Assembly (NCBI GenBank): GCA_964016885.1
Contig: OZ024742.1
Location: 37,386,001 to 37,450,000 of the forward strand
DNA from: Eledone cirrhosa
Taxonomy: Eukaryota
Direction of reading: 5' to 3'
Length of the DNA stretch: 64,000 nucleotides
Shown here: positions 11,690-25,171 of the stretch, piece after piece
Numbering within the stretch: the stretch's first letter is position 1
Layout of the letters: the number at the start of each line of letters is the position of its first letter
Made by a program: the position numbers and the translations under genes
Notes under the pieces: model-generated
What the model was told of the DNA's origin: nothing
The model's database searches: none
What the model saw: only the letters and a program-made list of their open reading frames with translations

Positions 11690-12560
11690 TAGAGATGTAT
11701 ATGAAGGCATTTGCGATGTTTGTGTTTAATAAATTTACATAAGTCTCGCTATGAATGTTTTAAGCTGTGATCATGCCAGAGCTATCTCAGTAGCCGCGTA
11801 AGAACGCCAGACACGTGTTTCTGGAATTTTAGCAGTCATCAATGACGTTTATTCACTCAATGCTGAGATATGAATAAGCTATAGCTTATATACTTTTTTC
11901 TATATAAATAATCGTTTCTACTTTAGGCACAAGGCCATCAATTACCCAGTACATTACTGGTACTTTATTTTATCGACCCCGTAAGGATGAAAGGCAAAGT
12001 TAACCTCGGCGGGGTTTGAACTCAGAATGGCAAGGGCCGTAACGTACGTATAGTGCAAGCGTTATTGTTTAGGATTAATTAGCAGTAGCACTGCTATAGC
12101 GCGTGTAACGGATAAAAATCCTGAAATACGTGTCTGGTGTTCTCAGATGGCTACTCAGCTGTGCCATGATTACAGCTTAAAATGTTCATAGCGAGACTTA
12201 TGTATGTTTATGTTCCCTAAACAAATCATATATGCCTTCATATACACTTCTTATGACTCATGCTATGTTAATTCTGCTGCTAATTAATCTTGGTCAGGTC
12301 CGCACTATATGCAAATGAGCATTTCCAGCAGATATTTTATACGCACAAAGTATATAAGCTATAGCTTATTCTTGTTTTAGTACTGACTGAGTAAATATCA
12401 CTGATGACTAGTAAAATCCCAGAAACACGTATTTGGCTACTTGGATGACTGAGACATGATTACAGCTTAAAACATTAATAGGAAGACGTTTTATACATAA
12501 ACATATATACCTCCATACACCTCTATTATGAATCACGCCACATTAGTGCTACTGCTAACT
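11690..12560. repeat. ~300-bp unit: one inverted copy plus two direct copies (Penelope pLTR/retrozyme-like)
   Basis: 11690-11900 is the reverse complement of 12110-12250 and of 12345-12530. Each unit carries hammerhead core sequence. Confidence 0.75.
11803..11849 (-). ncRNA. Minimal type I hammerhead ribozyme (degenerate)
   Basis: Minus strand reads AACGTCA-TTGATGA-CTGCTAAAATTCCA-GAAACACGTGTC-TGGCGTT. This gives a 7-bp stem I, core (C>T)UGAUGA/GAAA, a palindromic stem III and a GUC cleavage triplet. Confidence 0.6.
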
Positions 12561-12944
12561 AAACATAAATATCAAAGAGTTTGTCGTTTTTTTTTTTTAC
12601 AGCAATTACATATGGATCAAATACAGTATAGAAGGATCGTTTTAGCCTTTAAAAAAGCTGGAGGAGTTAAATTGAATATACATTTATTACTTATTTGCCA
12701 AATTTAGAACGTATAAGCAAGCCATGGTCCTTCCGATCTCGTCCAGTTTCGAACTGTAACAACCCGTCCAACTCATGCCAGCACAGAAAATTATGTAAAA
12801 TTATGATGATGATTTTTTAATTGGTGATGATTTTTTAATTGACCATTTGAGCACTGGACGAAATGCTGGGTAGTAATTGGTTACGACTCTTTGGTTCTGA
12901 GTTCAAATCCTGCCGAGCTCAACTTTGCCTTTCATTCTTCCGGT

Positions 12945-13430
12945 GAGGTCAGGTCAAATAATTTCCTATCCTCGTTACTGAGGGTCGGGAACCATGGACA
13001 ATTGAACCAATGTTCTCCACTGGCTCCTCTTGTCACGCCAGCGTTCTTCCCGCCCAATCCCTGATGTCATCATTTCAGCATCACCTTGGCCTTCCACTCG
13101 GTCATTTGCCATCAATGTACCCCTCAATGATGTGGGTGCATAGGTTCTGGGCCCTGACGACATGGCCAGAATAGTTCAGCTTTCGCTTCCTTACAGTTTC
13201 TCTGGTCCCATCTCCTCCAGGATGTGGGTGCAGAGGTTCTGGGCCCTGACGACATGGCCAAAATATTTCAGCTTTCGCTTCCTTACAGTCTCTCTGGCCC
13301 CATCTCCTCCAGGATGTGGGTGCAGAGGTTCTGGGCCCTAACGACATGGCCAAATTATTGCAGCTTTCGCTTCCTTATACTCTCTCTGGCCCCATCTCCA
13401 AAAGCGGCTCGTTAGATTGTGGTCCGTTCA
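12945..13430 (-). mobile_element. 3' fragment of a second RTE/BovB-like LINE with an internal 92-bp triplication
   Basis: Encodes VRKRKLNYSGHVVR..IIEGYIDGK..GRPR. The unit repeats at 13129, 13221 and 13313. Confidence 0.75.
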
Positions 13431-14131
13431 GCTAATGCGTAGTAACCGCCAGTGACATAAAGTATAAGTAAATTTAATCGACTTTTCCTTTTTCCAAATT
13501 GCTGGCTTTGTGGCTAAATTGTCGTCATATCATCCGATGATAACTACTATAATTTTTCATAAGGGTCTTTAATACGATCGCTGTTTGTCATGCAAGGAGT
13601 AGAACAACAAAAATGACTAGTCGTACGCATGCACGCAAACATCGACATAAATAATAATTGTGTTTGTGGAATACACTATGGTTCAAAGGATCAGTCTTGT
13701 TACACATTTTATCACTGATTTCCCCGGAGAATTGGGCTAAAGGCACACGTATCTATGGGATGCTAGGCCACTTATACTATAATATTGTAGCTGTAATTCA
13801 AAAGACCTGTCTTGACACACATTTTGTTATGCTTGAGAATTAGGTTATGGGTACACGTGTTTATGTAATTCTCAGCCAATTGCACGTTAATTTCATCAGC
13901 AAGCTCCTCTGTTGACCGAACAACTGGAACACTGATCATCGCTCAAATCAATGGAGGTGCATTTAGTTCCGACAAAATACGTTCTGTCCCAGGCAAGATG
14001 TTACCAAATTGCAAGGAAGATAACTAGGGTATATCTCAATTCTATCTACTTGGCGTTACGTAATTTGCGGTGCATAATTTTTTTTAATAAAATACCCAAA
14101 ACCCATTAAACTAGTTCGAAGTTTATTTTAA

Positions 14132-14575
14132 CCATTTCGTTACAATATTTTTAATGAAAGACAATGTTTATGACTTTCAAATGATTTTGAAAATAATCGA
14201 GAATTTAGAGAGATTTAGTAATATAACAAACTTTCTCATCATTAACCATTCCGTGGTCGTATTTCTAATGAAATACACACTATGTCGATTAATTGATGAA
14301 ACATTTTGAGGGATTTCTGAAATCATTTATCATTTCATTATTAGGTTAACTTAAAATATGGTTCTTATATATAATTATGCTGCAACCTTTTATAATGGGT
14401 GTTTTTGTTTCATAGAACAAAAGTCGGGCTCGTATCAAAAAAGTTAAGCAGGTGTTTGAAATATAACTTAACAAAGGTTCTAATATAAAAGCGTGACGGA
14501 AGCTATTAAAATAAATATAAATAGCTTTGTATCGTATAAGAATGGCTGATTTCAGGCAGTTTGGTATTAAAAGGC
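14132..14575. mobile_element. TTAA-flanked MITE (piggyBac-like), same family as 31520-31859 in the opposite orientation
   Basis: TTAA|CCATTTCGTTAC...GGTATTAAAAGGC|TTAA, with a duplicated terminal subrepeat. Confidence 0.6.
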
Positions 14576-15389
14576 TTAAAGTAAGTGGTTGAGATTAATT
14601 TAAGTGAGATTTCCTCCAAGCATTGCAGGCTATGTTCTTTGTCTTATCTGAAGCAGAGAAGTTACGAATAAACCAGTTTGGGGGGTTCAGGAGGAATAGT
14701 AAAAAGTGTTTACACTTCATTATTTTCACAGCGAGGCTTCCAATAAAAAAAGGTAGTTATATCTACATCAATTTTATCTTACATTTTACATATATACATA
14801 TAATTATACGAAAAGAAATGTTAACATGTGTATAAACATACACACATATATGCTTATCTATGTGTATGCGAGTATATATATGTATGTGTGTGTGTATATA
14901 TATTTATACATACACGCACACACAAACACAAAGTAACTAACAGAATGTCAAAGATATAACAATATATAAGCACAATTTATTTGATGTTTATAGTTTACAA
15001 AAGGAATGCATCAATGAAAATTAATCAGAGAACAAAGGAAAGAAAAAGAAATGGGAGAAGACATTCATGGCTTTACCATGAGTAATAGTGAGTCCCTCAA
15101 TTATATGCTCCAACAGGGAATGTTGACATTTCCCTCTAAAAATGTTTGAGGCAAGCCAAGAAGACACTCATGGCATTGCTGTGGGAGATAGTGCAACTAA
15201 GATCCTAGAATAGCCAAGCACCTTCACCTGATACTTCAGTTAGGACAGATGATAGCGAGGCCAAGGTGCTGGAATAATCAAGCATTCTTATTAGCAGAAC
15301 CTGTTACTTCAGTAAAAAATATCTGCCAACAATGACAAAAACCTTGTTGTCAGTAACCCAGTTCCTCTGAATGTATCGAATGTGACAAA

Positions 15390-16830
15390 CTGTAAAATGA
15401 ACAGGGACAGTACAGTGGGGATTTAAATAAATCAAGTAAACAGAAAAGAAACAATAAAGTTATAACAACAGAATTCCCCAATAGAGGGAAGCACCATCCA
15501 TGGGTATTTAGAAACCCCACAGATCCCAAACAACCCTGATCATCAAAAGTACCATAAAAAAGTGACCTTCTCTAAATTCATGCATCTTTTAACAAATATA
15601 CAAAGAGGAGAGGTAAGATCTTCTCTCTCCATCCTCACCTTTTCCAAGTGGAATTTGAAAAAGTTAATGAAGGCTTGGCTGAAAAAGAATATGTCTGTCT
15701 TCAGTCCTTTCAGTCATGTCCTCCACAATCTTTTTTGCAATAGTCACCAAACAGAAGAAAACTGTCTGCCTTTCCTAAGCCAAAATAAAGCAATGGGATG
15801 ATCTTCATGAGGGAGTCAGCTGATAGCTAGATCCAACCTACAAGCACCTATAGCTGTTTGACAAAATTCTACAAGTCAGCAATGCTCAGGCACTAGACAA
15901 GTGCATGCAGAATGATTTTGTTGCTCTGTACACATATTAGACAGGTCCATCTAACAACACTTCCATGCTGGTAAACTTTATCTCAAACTGGCCATGCCAC
16001 CTGGTTGCACTGCCAGGCTAGGGATTTCTGGAAGTGGTCTATAGTCCCTGGGCTGAAAGTTCTCTGGAATAGGCTAGTTCAATCTAGTTGATGCCTATAT
16101 TTTCCCTGAGAACATCATTGCTCTTACCCTCTATAGAAAGCTAACGTGGAATTTCCACTGTTCCGCAATGCCTAACTGGTGGAGGGTTGTGAGTGCCTGA
16201 TAACATTCTAGATGCCAGGCACCCAGTCTCTATCTTCACTTAATCCATGACTGCAACTCAGTCAAAGAGACAAGTTGTGGAAAGATGCATCTGACAAAAG
16301 GTGACCACACCCATTCATCATTTAGGAATATTTGCAAATACTGTAGATTCAGTGCATGTTACATGTCATCAGCCATGGCATACCGAGCCCAACGTCCAAA
16401 GAATGTTGGTAACAGGACCATTTGACCAGTGGCATCTGTCCTTTTCACAAGAAGTAAAAGAGTAGATGTTCCAATTTGGTGAGAGGTGATTAGGGCAAGG
16501 CACGACAGTCACATCGTATTATATAATGAAGGCAATATACATGCTTGCCACTTCTCAATCTTTCAGAGATCGCTTCCTCCCGACCCATTTCTGAATGAGA
16601 GGGACCACCCTACTCATTATCTCATCCTAGTTCTTATCCACCTGGATGTCTGGACTGAATCAGATCCCAAGCAACTTAACCGATCCATCCATCGAGCATC
16701 CTATAAGATGGTCATCTCTCTCCAGCTCTGAGCTGCAAACTCACCGATTTATCCAGGTTAATCTTTGTTCCCATCAACGTTTCACACATCTAAGAAGTTA
16801 CCAACCACCTCAATTTATGGGTTAATACCG
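15390..16830 (-). mobile_element. Degraded L1/Tx1-like LINE 3' portion
   Basis: Minus-strand fragments read INLDKSVSLQL, the zinc finger TCLICVQSNKIILHALV.C and VFFCLVTIAK..LKGLKTD..INFFKFHL. The 3' UTR matches 44700-44920. Confidence 0.6.
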
Positions 16831-16939
16831 CCATGATGACATTGACTGCATATGCCCTTTCATGTCCTGGTTTGAGCAAGATGCCCTTCAACACCTTTAC
16901 ACTTCATACATACTCAAAACAAAGTTATATATATATATA

Positions 16940-17630
16940 CATCATCATCATTTTATGTTTACTCTTGCATTTGTTGGACAGGTCTTTTCTAGCACACCAT
17001 CACTCCACTCGTTGCGTTCCTTTCTCATTTCCTTTGTGAGCTTCAGCACAGGCTGTCCTTGGTCTTTCTCTACTGTGGCTTCCTTCCACTAGGATTTCAT
17101 CGTCCGTCTTCACTCACCAAACATCATCTATATTCATCACATGTCAATACCAATTCAGTCTCCTCTTTTGCACACTACATCTGATTCCTCTTACAACCAG
17201 TTTTCTCTCAGCTCATCCATGCTTCGTTATTCATGCATATTAACATTGCACATCCATTGCATGTTTACTTCAGTTCTCTCCATTCTTTGCATATCATTTG
17301 CATTCACTACAGCATCACACATTGCATACAGGCAACATTTTTGTTGTCATCAGAAGTTGTAGCTCTGAACATTTTCCATCCTATTCTAATTCTAACTGCT
17401 ATACTTTGGACCAATTTCTTCACTACTAATTAGGTCACCTAGGTAGCATAGCAAAAGCTATCAATCATTTCTATGCACCCTCCCTGGGATTGGAAAAGTT
17501 TATTTCCCTGATGCTCTTACTACCAACTATCCCTGTACATACAAAGTTTACCTTTTCTGTTAATCTACCTACTATCCCACTACACCTCTTGTGTGACCAA
17601 AAATTCATATTGTATACATCGTGTAGAGTT
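16940..17630 (-). mobile_element. Old RTE LINE fragment
   Basis: Degenerate match to the RTE C-terminal region (ggtcacctaggtagca = CYLGD) with a (TCA)n tail. Confidence 0.7.
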
Positions 17631-19087
17631 TCTAGTTATTCATAAGATTTTATTCTATTCCGCTACAGATATATTGGCTTCTACCTATGCCGCGGCATCC
17701 AAGATGTAAGAAGCTATACATATAGAATTACCTCCCTTTTATTGCAAACTTTGTCTCTCGGCAAAAACAGAATATGTACAGTACATACACATATATTTCC
17801 GATACTCATGGAGAATTTCTCAGCTTGTTTAACGCCTCTTCATAACATTTTACATCACTTCCTCCGGAAATGTCTACTGATATTTCCAACAACCGTCACA
17901 GATGTTATTTCTTGTATTCCTTAGACATAACAGTAAATTTCAAGGTAATCTGAAGGTATGTAATCGCAATGTATTATTATCCCGCCGAGTTAACTTTGCC
18001 TTTCATCCTTACAGGGTCCATAAAATAAAGTACCAGTAATGCACTGGTTCTTGCTGGCCTTGTGCCAAAAGTAGAAACAATTATTATTAATAAAAGAAAT
18101 CTATAAGTGCCCTGACCAAGTTTCATTGAACAGACTTATATTAGGACTGTTGTCCTAATATTACAAAAATAAATAGTAAAATACACTCACTATTTTCGCT
18201 TCGTTAACTTTTTTTAATTTAATTACCCTGGTTATATAAGTACGTTTGGACCACTCGCACACCCTTTGTTTTGTATGGCAGATTGACACAGTGTTGACGT
18301 AAATATTTTCTTTCATTTTGATTCTATATTTTTATGTGGAATATTTATTTAAGTAATAGAGATCTGTATGTGTTGAATATTGACTGTTATAGCATTTCTG
18401 TTTGTAATTTATAAACATTCACCTAAAACCAAAATATGCATACTTTAGTAAATTATTTCATGCCGGAGTAAAGAAGTTCACCATCACTGATCTAGGACCT
18501 CCTTAGACAACGTATATTCATTTTTTTTTAAATTGAGATTGTTAGGTGTGGTGTGAAGGATATTTGGCTTCTATTTCTAGCAGACCGTGGTGTATTTCGA
18601 ATTACAATGCACAATGTGTACATTAGTTTTTAAAACCTTTCGCGACCATATTTATCGTGAAAGACACTGCCTGTGACTTTCAAATAATTTTGAAAATAAT
18701 CAAGAATTTGAAGGGATTTAATAATATTCCAGCAGGTTTATTGACCCCTTACAAGCTCACTAATTATCATGTAAGCATATAACTTTAGTAACGATTTCTT
18801 TGGCTTTGGATCCCAAATCATGCCTTTTTATGTAAGGGATCTAAGCGTTCTTTCATTGTAAGTATCATAGAAATTTGGCGATCTCTATACATAATGCCAC
18901 AACCCATACCAACACGGTAAAAGGGATATAAAACAGAATAATAGGGATATATCATAAGTATGGGACACTAAACAATCTTTTCCCCGCATATCTGCTAGAA
19001 TTTTGTTGGTGTCGTTTTCATCAACAAAACACGTTCATGTATTTTATGAGATACATTAGATATACAAATTAATTTCATTTTACGTTT

Positions 19088-19830
19088 ATCATCATCATCG
19101 TCTAACGTCCGTTTTCGACGCTAGTATGGATTAGACGAGTTGTCCCGTTGTGTGATAAGCCAGGTCGGCTGGATGCGCTTCCTAACGCCAACCACATTTA
19201 CAGTGTGTACTGGGTGCCTTTTGACGTGACATCACACAACCACTTTACAGTGGTCATCCTTCATACGCATCAGATGTCCAAACCGATGCAATCTCCTCTC
19301 CTGCACACTACATCTAATCCCTCTTATGCCCAGTTTCTCTCTCAGTTCGTTTATGCTTTGCCGTTCATGTATATTACTATTACACATTCATCAAAGCATG
19401 GCAGCTTCATTTCTTTCCAATCTCCACTGGTACTCTGCACACACTGCCCAAGTCTCACTGCTGTTTGCATACATGCATCATACTATCTGCCTTTTTTTTT
19501 TAGGGGAAAACCATTTGTAGTAAGCAGCGGTAGTAACTTCCTGAACTTTAGTTACCGTGTCCTCACTCTAGTTACTGTGCTTTCAGAACACCCTCCTCCA
19601 CTGCTAATTTGGTCACCCAGATAACAGAAACTATCTTCTACTTCTACAGAGCCCTCTGGGCATTTGAAGGAGCTTGTATCCTGTGAGCTCTTGCTACTTA
19701 CTGGACCTGTGCATCGGCCACATGTAAAACTTAGGTTCTTTGCTAGTCTGCCTGAGATCCCACTACACCTCTTGTGTACCCATAGTTTGCATTTTGGGAC
19801 ATAGGATGTAATTTCTATCTACTCTATTTT
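19088..19830 (-). mobile_element. RTE LINE 3' fragment
   Basis: Same 3' UTR and C-terminal coding region as 1667-2750, including the Cys-rich insert. Confidence 0.85.
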
Positions 19831-20107
19831 CCAGAGAGGCTCATTAGAGGTTGTTGGCAGCTTTTGTTACTTGAGAGCAGGGGGGAGAATGCTCTCAAAG
19901 TGCGATAGCCAGTTTAGTATTGCTAGACCCAGGGTTATTTACTCCAGTAAATACCACCGGAATCTAGCTACTAATTTTTATAAAGAAAAGGATAAGATAT
20001 TTTTACATAACTCCATGTCGAATGAGAGTTAATTCCCATTACATAGGTAATGACAAAAACATAAGCAGTTTCTCGGAACGAGTGTTAAATATAAGTCTTC
20101 ATTTTAT

Positions 20108-21930
20108 TGTAGCTCCATGTTACAATTGTTGTAAACAAATATTCTCGTACATAATTAGGTATAGTCCAGATCCATGATAGGTGGTTAGAGAAAAGTTAAC
20201 ATCCTTGTGCTTGGTGTTGTCAGCTTGAGAAGAAACCGCCAGAAAGAGAGTATACCTTTGGCGTAACCATGCCTGGCCTTAAGGCCAGGCGGCCAAGAGG
20301 TGAAAAAGAGAAAAATAGCTTTGAGCTCTCTCCTTTATAGTTCTCTGGACGGAAGTTACAAAGAAGGTTCTGGAATTTCAACGGGAAGTAACTCCAGCTA
20401 CTTCCCTTGTCTAGAGAGCGCTACAAGACTCCCCCTCTCAGACGAGAAGTCGAATGACCAAACGAAAATCATTATAGCGAGAACATGAGGAGCAAAACAA
20501 AAGGTACAAGAACATGAATGAATCAAACATGAGCAAGCAAATAGCAAAAATAAGCATAAAACAAGTAATGCATTTTTACAAAGAATGTTTGAATGTAACA
20601 AATGATAAATCATAGTCATACAAAGGAGCAGAGAATATTGATGCTCAATGGTAAAATCAATGTTTTTCAAAGTAAAATAGTTCATACATCACTAGTGTAC
20701 AGACTTTTCTGACACTAGTTCTATCTGAAAACTGAAAAAAGAAGGGGTATGTTAATGCCACTGGGGTTTAAATGTATATTGTTTTTGAGAGTTTTCGTGG
20801 CCATTTTTACAACTAAATACAAAGAGTTGAGTTGAGTTGAGATAACATGTCAAACAAACAGTAACAAACAAAATTAAGAGTTTTAAGCAGAAAAATGCAT
20901 GGTCTACTGGCAAGTAGCTTAGCTACAATACCTCCTGTTTAGACCAGAAGGGTGACAAATAAGAAAAAGTGAATTCGGACACGTCACCAGTGTGAAAACG
21001 CTGAAAAGGAGCACATCAACCAAAAAAAATGAATGAATGAATGCAAGAAGAAAATTATGAATGAGGCGTTAAGGGGCCAGTATTATGTATGCCGCTGTGT
21101 CAAATGACTGGCTGTTTGCTATTTATAACATGACCACCCAGGGTCTAATAGAAAACAAATAAAGTCTGACATGGACGAAAATGTGCAAAATGTTTTCAAA
21201 GTTGCTGTTCTTGCATTAATTGTTATAAAAGTTGTTGGCGGTGGCGGTAAAAGTATGAAACTACCACTTCTGTTATGTTGCTGTGAAATCGCTGTTGGTG
21301 TTGTGGCAAATGTTTTACCAGTAGTTGTTGATGATGATGCTGTTCATGTCCAACGATTCCAAGGTAGGTTGGTCAGTTGCAATGGCAACTAAATCGATAT
21401 GTGCAGGAGACGCAAGAGAACACACAGAAAGTCAAGATAGTGTGTCCGCAGGTATGTTGGAAGTTCCAGCTATGTGACGAATGTCACTGGTATACTGTGA
21501 GATGAGATCCAGATGTCTATACGCTCTCGGAGAGTACTTGTCGAACTTGGATTGTAAAGCGAACGTTAACGGCCTGTGGTCCGTGAATATCGTGAACTCC
21601 CGCCCCTCCAAAAAGTGGTGGAAGTGCTTCATGGCAAGATAAACCGCCAAAAGTTCTCTGTCAAAGGTGCTGTATCTCTGTTCTGCTGGTTTTAATTGGC
21701 GAGAGAAAAATGCCAATGGTTGAACTTGGTGATCGATTACATGATGCAAAACTGCGCCAACAGCACGATCAGATGCATCAACAGATAAGAAAAGTCTCGC
21801 ATTTGCAACAGGATGGGCAAGGAAGGAAACTTGAGCTAGCTCAGACTTGACAGATTTAAAAGACTGCAATGCATCGACAGAAAGTGAAATTTTTTCATCT
21901 TTCTTTTTTGCAGCCCTTAAAAACTGTCAA
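20108..21930 (-). mobile_element. Ty3/Gypsy LTR retrotransposon remnant: 3' LTR (20108-20425), PPT, pol RNase H fragment (21432-21869)
   Basis: The LTR is bounded by TGTAGC...GCTACA and has a PPT GAGAGGGGGAG adjacent on the minus strand. The ORF encodes VDASDRAVGAVL..RYSTFDRELLAVY..FTIFTDHRPL..NIPADTLS. Confidence 0.85.
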
Positions 21931-21939
21931 GGGGCTCAA

Positions 21940-22975
21940 AGTGTGATAGCCAGGATAAGAATAAGCTGGAAGAAGTTTAGGGAGCTGGAAACTCTGATGA
22001 CTACAAAGGGCTTTCTCTCAGAGTGAATGGTAGACTGTATGATACTTGTGTGCAAACTGCAATGCCACATAGCAGTGAAACATGGGCCTTGACCGCAGAA
22101 GACCTCTGAAGGCTAGAAAGAAACAAAGTGAGTATGCTTTGATGGATGTATAATGCCAGTATGCACGAATGACTTGGCATAAGTGAACTGAGAAAAAAAA
22201 GTCAGCATAACACAAATTGGATGTAGTGTGCAACAGAGAAGGCTGCATTAGTATGAATGTGATACTTATGGAAGATGACAGCTACAGTGGCTGGGACCCG
22301 TGTAAGAGGCAGACCCAGGAAGACTTGGCATGAGGTAGTGAAAACCAACCAGAAGAAGTTAAACTTCACAACAAAGATTATAACAGACAGCAAGGTTTAG
22401 GGGTATGTTGTGCTGGTGAAGACATGGCTACCGCATAAATATGACCTGACCCATCACTGCACACTCACATCCAGTATCACTTCTTAGTTATTCCTTGTCT
22501 CCCATCTAAAGCCCTTAGATACCCTCTCTATGGCACTCTAAAGTTACTCTCTCCATCCGGACCACCACACCCACCTATGCCCCATCCACTACCTCTTAGC
22601 TGTTCTCTTCCTCTAAAGTCCTTTGATGCCCTCTTTATTGCATCCTAGTAGCTTTTCCTCCACCCCTGTGCACTCCACTCTGCCAATACCCCCCACATTA
22701 CACTTCTTAGCTATTCTCTCCATTACTCCACTATCCCCCCCTACACTAGTGACCACTATCACCGTTTAGGTATTCTTACCATCACTACATCCCCTATGCT
22801 ATCAGGTGTCATCACACTCCATCATTCATCTATTTTCCTCTCTTTCCACCACAGCAAGGCTGAGAGAGCTTTTCAGTTGGGATGATAACTGTTGGTGCCA
22901 TGAAAAGGCACCCAGTACAGCCTGTAAGGTGATTAGTGATATGAAGGGCACCTTGCTGTAAAAACGATATCAAAA
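21940..22975 (+). mobile_element. Old RTE LINE 3' fragment
   Basis: Encodes SWKKFRELETL..KGFSL and GRPRKTW, and has a degenerate ggaagggcatcc 3' UTR. Confidence 0.75.
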
Positions 22976-22989
22976 GGATGACCGATCAA

Positions 22990-23270
22990 CTAGTATTCAT
23001 TTCTTCATGGACATTAAGGCAGAGGTTCAAAGCCTTCACATGGTTTCAAAAAAATCTACAGGGGACAGGCGACTTGGTGATGACTGTTGGTTTCTTAACA
23101 CAAGTACGGAGTATCCTGTGCATCATATACAGGACTTCTCTGCTATCCTACATAGTGCTGGAATCTTTTTAAAAATTGATCCTGTGCAGGCATGTAATCT
23201 CCATTCGGTTTCTTTAAGTTTCTCAGGATGCCATTTGGTTCACATAATGTTGCATCAACCTTCTGTGTCT
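22990..23270 (+). mobile_element. Degenerate Gypsy RT fragment
   Basis: LHMVSKKSTGDRRLGDDCWFLN..YPVHHIQDFSAILHSAGIFLKIDPVQA resembles the Gypsy LHMVPKK..WRPCGDYRALN..YP.P.IQD..IFSKIDL. Confidence 0.65.
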
Positions 23271-23949
23271 GTGTTTATGACCTATAACGTAGTGGTTCAA
23301 AAATAAGTACCAGACCTGAATAAATATGTATTGGGGATTAATATGATTGACACGGTAGTGCTGCAACATGACTACAGTCTAATGACAGAAAGCAGTAAAA
23401 GAACTTAGTTGTTGTTGTTTGGATTAGCAGTTTTGGTAGAGGGTCGGACGCCATGCTTTGACGCATAGAGTTACGGCCCTTGCCATGCTGAGTCCAAATC
23501 CCGCCGAGGTTCACTTTGCCTTTCATCTTTACGGGGTCGATAAAATAAAGCACCAGTAATGAACTGGGGGTTGATTTAATCTACTTTCCCCCTCCCCAAA
23601 AATTGCTTGCCTTGTGCCTATAGTAGAAATCATTATTTTTTTTTTTTTCATCCAATTTAAATGTTTACCTCTAATGTGCAATTATCTCCTTCATATCTCA
23701 TCACCTCAGCCCACATCCCTCCACCTCACATGAACCCCACTTCTTCCTACTCCTTTCTTTCTCCCTCACATAAGCACACACCTACACATATACACACATA
23801 CTAATACATTCACAAGCATGCACACACACACAAAAAAAAAATGCCTTATCTTGGTCTTCCTAAATATGTTTTGCTATCTCTCTTAATTCCATAATCACAG
23901 TGTTTATTTCATTAATATCTCAGCTGTCAAATTATATATTTTATGAAAA

Positions 23950-24445
23950 AGGTGGGTGATTAACCAGTTCAAAGCCACAGTCATACACAGCAGCCATTAA
24001 AACCAAGGACTTGTGGGCTGGAGCATTGTCCTGATGAAACAAGTTTCATTAGTTTTCCTGGGCATTTGTTTTCCTCAGTGGTGGCAGTTGCAGGACGTCC
24101 AGACCTTGGGTCATCTTTAAGACTCTCCCTTTCCCTCCTAAATTCAGCTGCCCACTTTTTCATTGTTGATAAAGCTGAAGCGTCATTCCCGAATGTAGCA
24201 ACCATGTCAGCATGAATGTCCTTGGGGGCTAAATCCTTTTTCAGCAGGTACTCAATAACACAGCAATGCCAAATTTTGTCCATTTTCAAGATATGTCGCT
24301 ACTAGTTACTTTTGAAGTCTTCTTTGATCAGTTAGCTGTCAGTTTACCTGGAAAGAAACATTACAGTTATTAATAAAAAGAGTTGAAATTAGTGCATACA
24401 AGATTTCACAGCTCTAGCATCCCTCCTTTATAATCAGCCTATGAA
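23950..24445 (-). mobile_element. Mariner transposase relic (N-terminal HTH)
   Basis: MDKIWHCCVIEYLLKKDLAPKDIHADMVATFGNDA..STMKKWAAEFRRERESLKDDPRSGRP. Confidence 0.85.
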
Positions 24446-25158
24446 CCATAGATAACTAGAAGTTTAACCAGGTTTCATGTTCAACCAATTATGTACAGTG
24501 CTTTCATCATCATGCCATACTGACATAGGTTGAATGGATTGTCATGGTCTGAGACCTGGTTAGATAACCACACCTTGTTCATACATTCCATATTTTGGCA
24601 TGGTTTCTACAGCTCAATGCTTTTCCTAATTCCAACTTTTTTACAGAAAATACTGACTGAATTTTATCATGGCACCAACTCTAAAGAGGTTGTAAATCCT
24701 CAAAAAGTCCAGAATCCTCTCTACCCTACATTATCTCAGTTCATGGAGGAACTGAATGTCTTCCATTGTGATTTCAACACTAGAGAGATCCCCTCCACTG
24801 CAAGCAAAAGGGAATGCTCTCCTCTCTAAATAGTCTCCAATCCCTCACCACATATACATTTAGCATCGCAATGCCTGTACGGGTAGATTGAGTTTTTTCT
24901 AGTATGGTGAATCACCATTGATTATCCCCTGTGTCATTTCGTACATGAGCTTTAGTGTGAATTTGTATGGTCAGGTTTTGCTATGAATAAATACCTCACA
25001 CATTAAGAAACAAAACACATGTAAATTGTCTCACGTTTCAGATTTCTCATCAGAATCTCCTGCATATATTTAATTGGGTCAAAACTGTTTGATCAGAGAT
25101 AAACAACTTATTTTCTAGATTAACAACAAGCAGTTCAGTTTTATATTGGAATCTCAAG

Positions 25159-25171
25159 ATGGGAACACCAG
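25159..25171 (+). CDS. SLC26 coding exon 1 (MGTP-G, 13 coding nt; the exon probably starts at the acceptor at 25042)
   Basis: AAGATGG context. The donor G|GTAAAA is phase 1 and matches the phase-1 acceptor at 26043. Confidence 0.6.
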
